A stretch of 64,000 bases of DNA, taken from the NCBI GenBank assembly GCA_964106915.2, contig OZ066914.1, one strand, 5' to 3'. This DNA is from Podarcis gaigeae. Lineage: Eukaryota. This document shows positions 18,416 to 29,943 of the stretch, piece by piece. A model generated the notes under the pieces. The model had not been told where the DNA came from, did not search any database, and worked only from the letters and a program-made list of their open reading frames with translations. Each line of letters begins with the position of its first letter. Positions within the stretch are counted from its first letter, which is position 1. The position numbers and the translations under genes are program-made.

Positions 18416-18898
18416 TTCTCACTCCAAACACCCTGCAGTCAATATGACCAACTGTCAGGGATGGTGAGCATTGTTGTAGACTTGAGACAAGTCCTGCTTT
18501 TTCAAAGCTGGCTGTTGCTCACTATAAAGAGGAAGCCTCAGCAAACGATCTGGGAGCAGCCTTTGAGAAATGATTCTTGTCCCTGCGCAGGTGAATAAAT
18601 TCAGCCTTCCTCGGAAAGAACCCGTGTCTGTCGTTATTGACTGGGAGAAATCCGGCAACAACCTTATTACTGTAGTTGCTTGTTACCTAAAAGCTCCCCG
18701 GACGCTGGGTGCTTCACTAAGTAGGGTCTCCACACCACGCGCCACCCCCCCACCCCCCACAGGTGTGCTGATCCTGAGCTCGCCGGCTCCAAGGAACTGT
18801 CAACATTTATTATTTTAGCGGGGTTGCTACCACCGACGTTTCGTGTTCCGGAGCAAACTGTCGGAGCACCACAGCTTGCTGCCTGCTTCTCCTATCTA

Positions 18899-18911
18899 AG
18901 TTTCGTTTTCC
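18899..18911 (+). promoter_or_regulatory. Consensus ISRE in the promoter of gene D
   Basis: AGTTTCGTTTTCC matches AGTTTCNNTTTCC; about 190 bp upstream of the ATG; CCAAT at 19006-19010. Confidence 0.75.
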
Positions 18912-19098
18912 TACCAAATCGGTCCCCGCTCTAACTCGCCCCCGGCCGCTTTCCTCCCTCGCGGTTTTCTCAGAATCGAAAGCGGCGGCTTCTCTCACGC
19001 GCCGCCCAATCAGGACCCGCCCTTGGCCCGCGCCCGCCGCGCCCCATTTCGCCTCAGCGGCCGGCCGCCGCCTCCCGCTCTCGCAGCCTCGCGTCGCC

Positions 19099-21140
19099 AT
19101 GCAGCCCGTGTCGTCGCCGGTTGCCCTCAGAGTGGCTCCGTACGACCCGTACAGGCCCCGTACGCCGCCCCCCGCGAGCCCCTACCCCTACCCAGTGGCC
19201 TGCGTCGTCGTCCAGCCCCCGCAAGACTTCGTCGTCTGGTCGATGTTTAGTTTAACCTTCATGAACCACTTCTGCCTCGGCTTCGCCGCTCTCATTTTCT
19301 CCATCAAGGTGAAGCCGCCCTTCTCCCCCACACACGAAAAAAAGGGCGGGAAAGCGCCATTATCTCACTAACCCAGTTATTTGCCCCCCACTTCCGGTTT
19401 TCTGCCGTCCCCCAGTCTTGGCTCCTTTTCCTCCCCATGGGACTGGATAGCATTTCTGCCTCCGCTTCTTGCTTTACTCTCATTTTCTGGGGCAGACGTC
19501 ATTCTTCTTCCACCCCATTCACTCATGTCTTGGTGTGGGCCACTGACCCCTTCCCTTTCCTAGCAGCATTTGGCTTTAACAGCTCTCCCCTCATTGCCTC
19601 TGTGATGGGGGGGGATCTCTACCTGTTAAATTTCTGCCCGTCACACAGCTGTCACAGAGGCCCCTACCCCAACCGTGTTAAGCCTAAACTAAAGCGTTCT
19701 CTCCCTACCCCACTTTCCAAGGGAGTTTTCATTCCCCTCACCCATGTCATCTAGCTAAGGATGGGTTGATTGATGGTAGGAACCAGGCACTGCTAGGCTG
19801 CAGGATGGAGTCAGAGGCCTTTTAACACACCTTAGCTGCAAACAGAGGTGAAAAGATGGGTGCTCTATGTACTTTTCATTGCATGTGTATAAGATGGCAT
19901 TATATATATATATATATATATATATTGTCACAAAAAGGCTTGCTCTGGAAGGCTTAAAACAAAGTGCCACCAGCTTTTGTTTAATCGTCTATGAACCAAG
20001 GGCCTACAATGGCGTACAGTATAAATTCAAGCAATGCCATTAAAACAAAAATACAAAAACCAAATGGAATTAGGGAATTTCGTATTTTCTGTACTGTACC
20101 TTTCCTGTGATGCTCCCACAAATATTTCAGTAAATTATAGATCTTCTCCAGTGAGAAGGGGCCAAACAAGGCAAAATGGGCAAAAAGTTATTTTTTGGTA
20201 AAAGCTCCCTATTACCAACAGGCAATGAGGTAGATATGTTTATACTATCAAAAAAAAAAGGCTGCCTCATTTATTCACCCCAAATTATAATGTACTGTGG
20301 AGATTAGAAGACATAAATGCCATTTGACCAATAGCACTTTCTAATATGTGCTGTGGTCTAAACCACTGAGCCTAGGGCTTGCTGATCAGAAGGTCGGTGG
20401 TTTGAACCCCGGTGACGGGTTGAGCACCCGTAGCTCGGTCCCAGCTCCTGCCAACCTAGCAGTTCAAAAGCACGTCAAAGTGCAAGTGGAAAAATAGGTA
20501 CCGCTCCGGCAGGAAGGTAAACAGCGTTTCCGTGTGCTGCTCTGGTTTTGCCAGAAGCGGCTTAGTCATGCTGGCCACATGACCCAGAAAAACTGTCTGC
20601 AGACAAACGCTGGCTCCCTTGGCCAGTAAAGTGAGATGAGCACCGCAACCCCAGAGTCGTTAGCGACTGGACTTAACTCTCAGGGGTCCTTTACCTTTCA
20701 TATGCGGGCAGTGTATCAGAATATAATTGCCAAGTAAATCATTAGTATTTGAAAAGAGTACTATCTCATTGCTAACAAGGATGCTGCAGTGGTAACACTG
20801 AGCAGGAAGTTCTTGGTTTGAAATGATCGCACAACAACCACAAAAAGCCCATTTGACTTCCAGTTGTTTAAAGCATGTGCAACGATATTTCTACTGCTAA
20901 TTTTCTTTATTTTTTATTAAAAATACATATTTTTTCTCTCTACCTCTGCTTCAGTCAAGGGATTGTAAAGTCATGGGAGATAATGAAGGTGCAGCTATGC
21001 ATGGCAGGAAAGCAAAGTACCTGAATATCCTTGCTTTGATAGTGGGAATCACATTCTTCATTAGTATGGTCGCCGTGTTTGCGTTTGATCCACCACCTTT
21101 CCATAGAGCAGTGAAAGCAATACTGGAGAGATATCAATGA
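19099..21140 (+). CDS. IFITM-like gene D (exons 19099-19308 and 20955-21140; 131 aa)
   Basis: Exon 1 ...PQDFVVWSMFSLTFMNHFCLGFAALIFSIK|gtgaag; exon 2 ttcag|SRDCKVMGDNEGAAMHGRKAKYLNILALIVG...ERYQ*. AATAAA at 21618-21623. Confidence 0.92.
20350..20697 (+). mobile_element. Sauria SINE
   Basis: gctgtggtctaaaccactgagcctagggcttgctgatcagaaggtcgg...caggggtcctttaccttt, the typical lacertid Sauria SINE. Confidence 0.88.
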
Positions 21141-24100
21141 TTCGAGCTGGCTAAGTTGGAACTTGTGTGTTAAGGATATTCTGCTCCGTACTGTATTTAT
21201 ATCCTTAGTGTGCATTGGCTGCACTTTCTTCTGCTTTGATTATACCCACTTTGCTCTTAACACTTGCAAGGAATGAGACAGTCTAAAGAAGACAGGACAT
21301 CCGGCACATCTGAAGATATAAAGGTTTATGCTCTTCTTTGCAGCTCTACAATCCCACCTTGTTTACAAGGACTATGTAAGGTTAGAGTGATCATCCTCAA
21401 CTTCTTTATCCAGTTTGTGTTTCTCAATACCTGTCTCAATGTTTGAGTGATGTTTTATCTGTCCTAAAGTCTGGATTTGTGGCATTCCTAGTTCATGATG
21501 TTGATGGGAACCATCACTCTTTCTGTTTCATTTTTCAGGATTTTCACAAGTTTCTCAATTAAAGTGTATTAGAGCTTTCATGTATTGAAATATGAAGTCT
21601 CTGGTGAATTCTCTGCAAATAAAGCCATATCCTTCTGATTCTGTGGAAACAGTTTTCTTGTTGGTAAAAGCAGTTAAAACTATTCAGGACTGAAACATTT
21701 AGGACCCCCATTGCATTTTTAAAAACATTAGTGTTTGGGTAGTTTTTTGATTCCCCTATCAGGGTGAAACTATGTATTAAACTAACGTTGCATCTTTCAA
21801 CTAGAAAGGTTAATGCTTTTGAGTTTTTTAAATCTTAAGAATTTGCTTGGTAGAATGTGGCATTCAACCTTTTGGGACCCAGCATCATCATGGTCATACT
21901 GCTCATTATTTAACAGTGTTCACTTAACAGCTCCATTCAGCTGTAGCTAGCATACTGCTCTGATTAGAAATCAGTGTTCCTCAATCTGTTGGGCCTGGGT
22001 ACATTTAGCATTGTGAAAAAGTGATGTGGGCACCACCACAAAAAAGCAAGAAGGTAAAAGTGGCATCTAGCAAATAAAACATTGATCCTCTTGTATGATT
22101 ATTACATGAGATGCCCTGTAAACCACTATCAAGTTAAAGCTTACATTGGTGTCTGCTGACTCTGCAGTAAAATTTAAAGACTGGCTGTTTACTACCACCA
22201 TGGAACAAAAATGCACTGCAATAGCACAAAAACATGGATCCAAAGCACATGTTCTCATGAATTTTCATAATTTTTAAAACAGGTGTTCCAAACAGAATCA
22301 CCATCAAATCACAGTACACATCTGTGGACACAGAGGTATTGGAGAAAATGCATTGTAAGAATCTTTAGTATCCATGCCTCCGGTCAATGTTTTGTGCCAT
22401 TGTGGTATTGACAAGTTCTGGATTTGTAATTTTTACTATGTGGTGCACTGCATTGTTTTAATTTGATGGTACAAAGAAGCTGTGCCTCTGTATGGGAGGC
22501 TCCCTTCCTCATCATGTGATAGACATTTTATAATCCCCCAAAATGGTTGCTGCATGATTAGATGGAAGCTGACCTATACAGGCCACTTGGGTGTCAGTGG
22601 TGGACAGTGAGAGTCTTGCTAGCACCATGTTGAAGGATGCCTAAGTTAAGAAGATAGGACTCTGTAAAACAGATTATCTACATCTTGAAAGTTGATAGGT
22701 GCTCCTATGATGGCCTAAATAAATAAAAGCATTTCTGTAGTGGTTAAAAGAGGAAAAGATGCATTCTAATGGGTTCCCCAACAGCTTAAGCAATCAAATC
22801 CCATCTATACATTTTCACTGTGAAGCACATAAGATTTCATCTTTAGTTGCACAAAATTATTTTGCATATGTAAGGCTGTGCAGTATAGCTCCCATGAGAT
22901 TCGTGGAGCATAGCCATTTATGGCCCTTTGGAGTTGACTGAGGGCCATAGGATTGGCCCTACTGTTAAATGGAATGAGGTTACTTCACACAGCCTATGTC
23001 TTGTGGGAGGCAGGGAGCAGCAGAGTGGGGCTGGAGGACAGAGCTAGCCTGATGCACTCTGTTCCAGTGGATACTGCCCTGTTGGCAGGTGTTTGAAGTA
23101 GGATTTAACTTCCAGTCTGTTCAGAAATTGGGCGGTCTTGGTGGTGGGACAGTCTTGTCATAGGAATATAGGAAGCTGCCTTATATTGAGTCAGACCATT
23201 GGTCCATGTAGCTCAGTATTGTCTACACTGACCGGCAGCGGTTCTCCATGGTTTCAGGCAGGGGTCTCCCAACTTTACATGGAGATGCTGGGAACTGAAC
23301 CTGGAACCTACTGCTTGCAAGGCAGACTCTTGTCATTTGCCTTGGTTCATCTCTCACATTGTCCACAAAGGGGCTTGCAGGGTTGCAGAGATTTGAAGAG
23401 AGTTCAGAATACATGTGGACTAAGTTGCTTGAAGAAGTGAAAAAGGCAGAAGAAGCTACAATGAGCTACAATGAGAATAAAAACAATCACAGTGGAGGAG
23501 AGGGTAGCCTTCATGTTATACCCTCACACAGTGATCATACAGCAGCAGCAACTGCTCCACAGCCAGGGGGGGTGACAGAGGAGGAGACTGACTATTTTGC
23601 CCTAGACTCACTCACCTGGGAATCACTTAGTAAGTGAATTTCATCCCCTTCTATTTGTAGTTTAAAACTTTGCCTAGAATTGTATCCCTATATGAATAGT
23701 TCATCTTTCCATTTTCCCCCTTCATAAAATAAATAATTGCTCTTGTTTTTATTAACAAGTGCTCTGTCCCTCCATTCCATATGCATCAGGAGAGGATATG
23801 TAGGTATTGTTACTTTGGTGGGCTGCACTGGGGCTAACAGACTGAATTCTGGTAAGATGGAGGTCCATACCTGTAGCTGGTATGTGGCCTTTGACAGAAA
23901 TAAGTTGTCCCACCTCTGGATTTGTAACTTTTCATTTCTGACCTCACTACTTTTCTCTCTCCCCCCTGCACACCCCCCTACATGTCTAGTAAGGAAACTA
24001 ATTCACACATCTGATCAAGTGGTGTTCAGAAGTCTATCCCATACCATAATACCATTGTTTAATCTTAAAACCCTCTACTTTTTGCTTAGCCTTCTTGCGC

Positions 24101-25607
24101 TTTTTCTTCTAGCCACGTGATGGAGCCAAAGAAAAGAGACTGGGAGAGCCTGATGTTCTAACATTTATACTGTACTGTGGTTATATATATAACCTTGACT
24201 TGCAAGCTTTTGAGCTTCTTTCACAGGTTACTTTTATAGCAGAGACCTGTGTTTATACAGCTTTGAGTTTTATAGGAAGACCAGTAAGGGAAAAGTCTCA
24301 TTGACTTGTAATAGCTGTAAGAAAGAAAATGCCTCTTCTGTGCAACAGATACAGGGGTGAGTTCTATCCTCCTTTGCGCTAGTGTGGAAAGCCTGCCACC
24401 ATCATACTGTAATTCCTCCTTCTTCATTATTAGGGCCAAAGGGGTGCAGTTCAGTTGGTCAGATCCACTGGCATCACAATGGACTGAAAGATCCTTGTCA
24501 CGAAGGAAGGGCCACCTGCTGCAGTAAACAGAAATCAGTTGTAGGGCAGCTCAGCAAATAATTTCATACATAAATCCAGTTGACTGAATTTCTAAAGACA
24601 CGGAGCTTGTTTACTTTTAATAGTTGTAGGGAAGGGTTTTGTTTCTTCTCTTTTTGGCAAGCAAAGCGACTCAGGCGGGGATGATAAAAGCTGCCCTTGA
24701 TTAAAAAAATCCCTACAGAATCTTTGTCCTTTAAGCTTAGGACCGAGTTATAAGGTGACAGTCCTAAACAATAAGCATGATTGCTTGTTATGGAGGGTGG
24801 GTGATATTGGTGTCTGGACTGAGATCTCTCTAGTGCACAGAGAGGAGAGAGGTGCTGGGGAAAAGAGAGACAGGTAATGGAGACTCCTGGTCCATTTCCA
24901 TACATCTTTGCATTTCTTCTAGCCCAGCGTGTTCTATTGCCCATAGAGATCTGAAACACAGGACAGTTCTCTGCCTTTCTTTTTTGGGGTGCGCACACTT
25001 CACTGTCAGATTCACCATGACATAGTATGATAACCCTTGCAGTTATGTTATTGTTGGGTAAACCAATAGCTACCACAGTTACAATTTTTTTTTTCAAGTT
25101 CTACTAGCAGCAGCAGCAGCAGCAGAAGGAGAAGTACAAACATCAGCGGTGTGCTAACAGCCATACATGAGTGATATAGAGCCAAACTGACTACAATGCA
25201 GGAGATCCCTTAACTGTAAAACAGGTACACTGTTCTAATGTTATTATTAACAGTGGCAGTAGGAGGAGAATGTCTTTAAGGCTTCATATTCTAATGCAAA
25301 GCCCTTCCTCTAAATTGCCCGCAAAGCTCAAGTTATCCCCACAGGAAGGAAACACAGGTGCAGCTCAACTGTTGTAGCTGTTTTCCCCACTTCACCCTCC
25401 CAGGGGCTGATAGCAGCTTCAAGAAAGTGATTTGACTCCAGGAAGTAATGCAGGGGGAGAAGTTAAACACCTGTACCTCATGCACTACAGCTCTGATCAA
25501 AGGGTTCAGCCAGACTAGCTTGCCTCACCGCTTCCCCCCAGGGAATCCCAATCTTTACAGCTGAATCAGAGCAAACATCCATCAGGTTTTCTCAGGAGTG
25601 AGGTTGG

Positions 25608-25846
25608 TGCCAACCTAGCAGTTCGAAAGCATGTCAAAGTGCAAGTAGATAAATAGGTACCACTCCGGCAGGAAGGTAAATAGCATTTCCGTGCGCTGCT
25701 CTGGTTCGCCAGAAGAGGCTTAGTCATGCTGGCCACATGCCCCAGAAGCTGTATGCTGGCTCCCTTGGCCAATAAAGTGAGATGAGCGCCACAACCCCAG
25801 AGTAGGCCACGACTGGACCTAATGGTCAGGGGTCCCTTTACCTTTA
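25608..25846 (+). mobile_element. Sauria SINE, 5'-truncated
   Basis: Same body and 3' end as the copies at 20350 and 44311. Confidence 0.85.
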
Positions 25847-26521
25847 TTGCTCAACAGCAGGATTTCCAGCAGTGGGGCAAGGGCATGCCTAGAAAGCCTA
25901 GAAAGCATGGGAGAAGTGGGAAATTTCTTGGACCCTGTGTTTTCTAGGCACAGGACAAGCACAATTCTAGATGAGGTCAAAGTTAGAACTCACAAGAAGG
26001 TAAGAAGAGCATGATGGATCAAGCGAATGACCCAGCCAGCCCAGCATCCTGTTCTGACAGTTCTGACCCAAATGCTTGTGGGAAATCCTCAAGTAGGACC
26101 AGAGCGCAAGAACACTGCCCTACCATGTTTTCTAGCATACTGCTTCTGACCATGGAGGCAGATCATAGTTATCATCAATGGTAGTCATTGGTAGCCTTCT
26201 CCTCCATGAATTTGTCCAATCCTGCTTTAAAGCCATCCAAGATGGCGGCCATCACTGCCCCCTGTGAGGTCAAATTGTAACACCCTTTCTTTTAGCGGTT
26301 GTTTTTTTTTTTAAATGTAAGTCAATAGCACAAACACTTTGCATCTTCCTGGTTCAGCCCACCATTTCTACATTTTGCAATCTACATTAAACAGTCCTCA
26401 TCTGTTTAATATAGATGGTGAAATGCAGAGATGGTGAGCTGAACCAGACACAATGCAGTCATCAGCTGGCTTTTTGCTTTGTTGTTTTTCAAGCCCTGCC
26501 AAAGCAAGGCCTCAACAAATT

Positions 26522-26590
26522 AGAAGAAGAAGAAGAAGAAGAAGAAGAAGAAGAAGAAGAAGAAGAAGAAGAAGAAGAAGAAGAAGAAGA
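26522..26590. repeat. (GAA)23 microsatellite forming a SINE tail
   Basis: Pure AGA/GAA run of about 69 nt. Confidence 0.95.
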
Positions 26591-26823
26591 GTTTGGATTT
26601 GATATCCCGCCTTTCACTCCCTTTAAGGAGTCTCAAAGCGGCTAACATTCTCCTTTCCCTTCCTCCCCCACAACAAACACTCTGTGAGGTGAGTGGGGCT
26701 GAGAGACTTCAAAGAAGTGTGACTGGCCCAAGGTCACCCAGCAGTTGCATGTGGAGGAACGGAGACTCGAACCCGGTTCCCCAGATTACATGACTACCGC
26801 TCTTAACCACTACACCACACTGG
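26591..26823 (-). mobile_element. tRNA-derived squamate SINE (MIR/L2-tail type)
   Basis: The minus strand starts ccagtgtggtgtagtggttaagagcgg...gggttcgag (A and B boxes) and contains a tgaccttgggccagtcac core. Confidence 0.7.
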
Positions 26824-27176
26824 CATGAGTTGAAAACTCATGAATCTTTAGTAAAAGGTGAAAGTTTTATACGATCTATACAAAGCGAAACCAGAGTATG
26901 TCAGCTGGCTTTTAAAACATTGTAACCTACAAGTGCAAGGGGAAAACACTGGAAGGGAAAGAAGCAGGAGACATTTCTGCAGGGATGGGGTAAAAACCCC
27001 TACAAGATAAGGTTTGTTAGCTCTGTCTGCCCTTACCTGATGACCTCACACATATGAGAGCACTTGCCCTGTAAGTAGCACCTTGTCGTGCTCCAGTTTG
27101 TATCTGTCCTGTACTTGCCTTTGAAGACAAGTGCCTGAATTGCTGGAGCAATCTGAGACGGCGTTGGGCCAACACC

Positions 27177-27355
27177 AACCACAGGGTTATAAAAAGCACT
27201 CCTTGTCCAAGGGAGCGAGGGCAGGCTTGGAAACCAAACAGTTCTCTCAGTCCTGGCAAAGCATTTCTGATAACCACAGTCAAACCAGAGCTGCAATTTC
27301 CCTGTTTTATATATAGATGGAGATGAATCTGTGCCTTGGCTGGGCACTATATAAA
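27177..27355 (+). promoter_or_regulatory. IFITM5 promoter: two RUNX (AACCACA) sites and a TATA box
   Basis: AACCACA at 27177-27183 and 27272-27278; TATATAAA at 27348-27355, about 100 bp upstream of the ATG. Confidence 0.6.
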
Positions 27356-27451
27356 CGGCTGTCCCTGCCTTCCCCCGCTCACAGGCTGCCACTGCTAGGA
27401 AACAGTGTGATTCCTCCAAGGAAACTGTGTGTGATTCCTCCAACTGGAGCC

Positions 27452-29943
27452 ATGGACACTTCTTATCCTCGTGAAGACTACCTGCCCATGTCTTCCCGTA
27501 AGCAGGAACCTTCTCCAACGGTCATCACTGTCAAGCCTCCGGTGGTCCCCCGCGACTATATGATTTGGTCCGTATTCAACACCATCTACATGAACCTGTG
27601 TTGCCTTGGCTTTGTCGCCCTTGCTTATTCTGTCAAGGTAGGAAGATTCTCCACTGGTTCTTATCTCTTGGGCCCTGCACTGGGGCTACATATTTGCCCG
27701 GAATGGCCCCTCCAGAGAATTCTGGTTGAGAGCAATTCCCAGAGGGTAGCTGTGGTATTTGGTGGCATCAGTTACACAGAATCTGCTATGGAACCTTAGA
27801 GATAAGGAGGAAAGCATTTCAGTCTATCTTGGGGTAGTGGACATATCTAGGCATAATGATGAAGAGTGCTGTGAAACTCCAGAGCCTGTCTCTTACTGTT
27901 TCATACAGCAATTCCATTCCATAGTTCCTCTTCTAAAAACAACAGGACAGATTGCAATCCTGAATTTAAGTTTTAAAATGCTGCTTTCCCCAGGGGATTG
28001 TAGCATGCATTTCAAGTGGGTCCGGTATAATATTTTTTCCATTTCTCTCTGTTCTCTGGATTATGAAGCACTTTTAAAAAGGCAAAGGAAACAGAAGTAG
28101 AAATTGAAGTAGAAATATCTAGTAATCGAGGAAATACCACAAAGTCACTGCACCATAACCTGGTCATATGTGAAACTGCTGGAAGGAGAATTGAATTCCT
28201 GGATAGCTGTGGTTTTTCATGAAAGTTTAAAGAGCAAAATACAGGATAACAGAGACAAAAATTTACACTTGGTGCAGAAATGTGACTTCAAGAATCACTC
28301 GATGGCTACTAAATGTTATACCTGATAGAGCACATGCTTCAAACAGTTCATTTTTATGCAGATGACATTTCTCAGTATGTAGCTGCAGAAAATAAATTTG
28401 GGAAGGAACCAAATTCTCCCCACCTCTATGTACACCAGTCTTTATAGCTTATTGTTTGTAATATTGTATTGTTCAGCGTTTTAAGAGGTGTGACACCCAA
28501 AAATATTTCAAGGAAATGTTTCCTGGTATGGAGATTAATGGGGAGAAAGTCTTAGCTACTGCATATTGTGAACTAGGCTGTTATTTAAAGGTGCAGGAGT
28601 AGCACCAGCAAAATAAAGAAAGAAGTTAGCTATCCTGAAGTGAAGCAAAGATTGTAAAGGACACACAGGGGCAAGAGTACAATAAAATGTATAGGATCAA
28701 TTTGTGGTGTGTCATGCCGTTCCTTCCATTCCCACTGGCTCAGGCTGATTTGTTGATAGTTCATTAAATTGTGTAATTAATAGTCTGGAGAGAGGAAATG
28801 GGATTAAGAGTTGGGACAGGCTATTGTAAAGGCACTGTAACCAATATTTCAACACATTCCCGCATGCGGAACTACTGCTAAGTCAGTGATTTATCCAGAG
28901 ATAAGAAAGCTACTGTACACTCTCTTTGGTTTGTGATTGATGTAATGATTGTAAAAAATTATTTATGTATTTATTAAATTTGTTAGTCATTTTGTCTTGC
29001 CCAGGGCAACCCAAAATGACTTACAAAGAATTAGGTTGGCATTTAACATAACAGGAAATAAACAGCAGTAACATGTAAGTGACCAGAATGTCTCTAGACC
29101 TGGAAAAGGAGTTTGGAAAGCCAGGCTGGAGAGATGGGTGTGGTTTGGGAATCAACGTTATGTAGCGAATAGCAGAAGTAAAATAGGTCACTGGTTCTAG
29201 AGAGCTGGAACGAGGATGTGCCATACTTCTGTCCCTGTGAAAGCTCCAGCTTGTGCATCCACTGGCCTACTGAGCATCCACTGGCCTATAAGCGCATGGA
29301 GCATCTTATGCTGCCACTTTGGGACTTCTAGCACTAAACGGATGTGTATGGAACGCAGCAACAAGTGCTCACTTTAAGGCAATGCCAGCTTGTTTGGGCT
29401 TCTGTAAACCATTCCTACATCTGGATGGTGTCACGTGTGCCAACCATCACCCACCCAATTTGCTTTGTGAACTTCAGGGGAACAGAATGCGGACTGACCC
29501 CAATACCACAGGCACTGTGTAGACTAAAGAGACTGACCAAATCCAGCTCCCAAATATGCGTAGCTGTCTTGACATAGTTGCTTCTAACATTGTGACTCCA
29601 GTTTTGGGTGTTGTCCTTCTCAGTTGTGTTGTTCTGCTCTACACAGGGGGTTTCCCTTCCCCATCGCTTTCTTTCTGTGTAGCCTTACTAATACTCTGTG
29701 CCTTTTCCTTCTTCTTTTTTGAAGGCACGGGATCAGAAGGTGTCCGGTGACCTGGAAGCTGCCCATCGCTACGGATCCAAAGCCAGGTGCTACAATGTCC
29801 TTGCCACAGTGTGGAATGTGGTGCTGCCGCTCATGCTCATTGCTCTGGTGATCACGGGCGTCCTCCACCTCTCCAAGCTGGCTCAGGAGTCCATGGACTT
29901 TTTGGCTTACAGACTCTTTCCTAATGATGATGACAAGAAGTGA
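27452..29943 (+). CDS. IFITM5: Interferon-induced transmembrane protein 5 (BRIL); exons 27452-27637 and 29725-29943; 134 aa
   Basis: Diagnostic N-terminus MDTSYPRED; S40, C50 and C51 conserved; exon 2 [24 protein letters not shown]...[12 protein letters not shown]...DDDKK. Tail-to-tail with PGGHG, as in mammals. Confidence 0.97.

Noticed and set aside
24564-25097. 177-aa minus-strand ORF
   Set aside because: Non-ATG start, no recognisable domain, no supporting splice structure.
26415-26645. Poly-Glu protein ORF
   Set aside because: Translation of the (GAA)n SINE tail.
27317-27799. 160-aa single-exon IFITM5
   Set aside because: The conserved start is 27452 and the donor at 27638 splices to exon 2; the upstream ATGs precede the TATA box.
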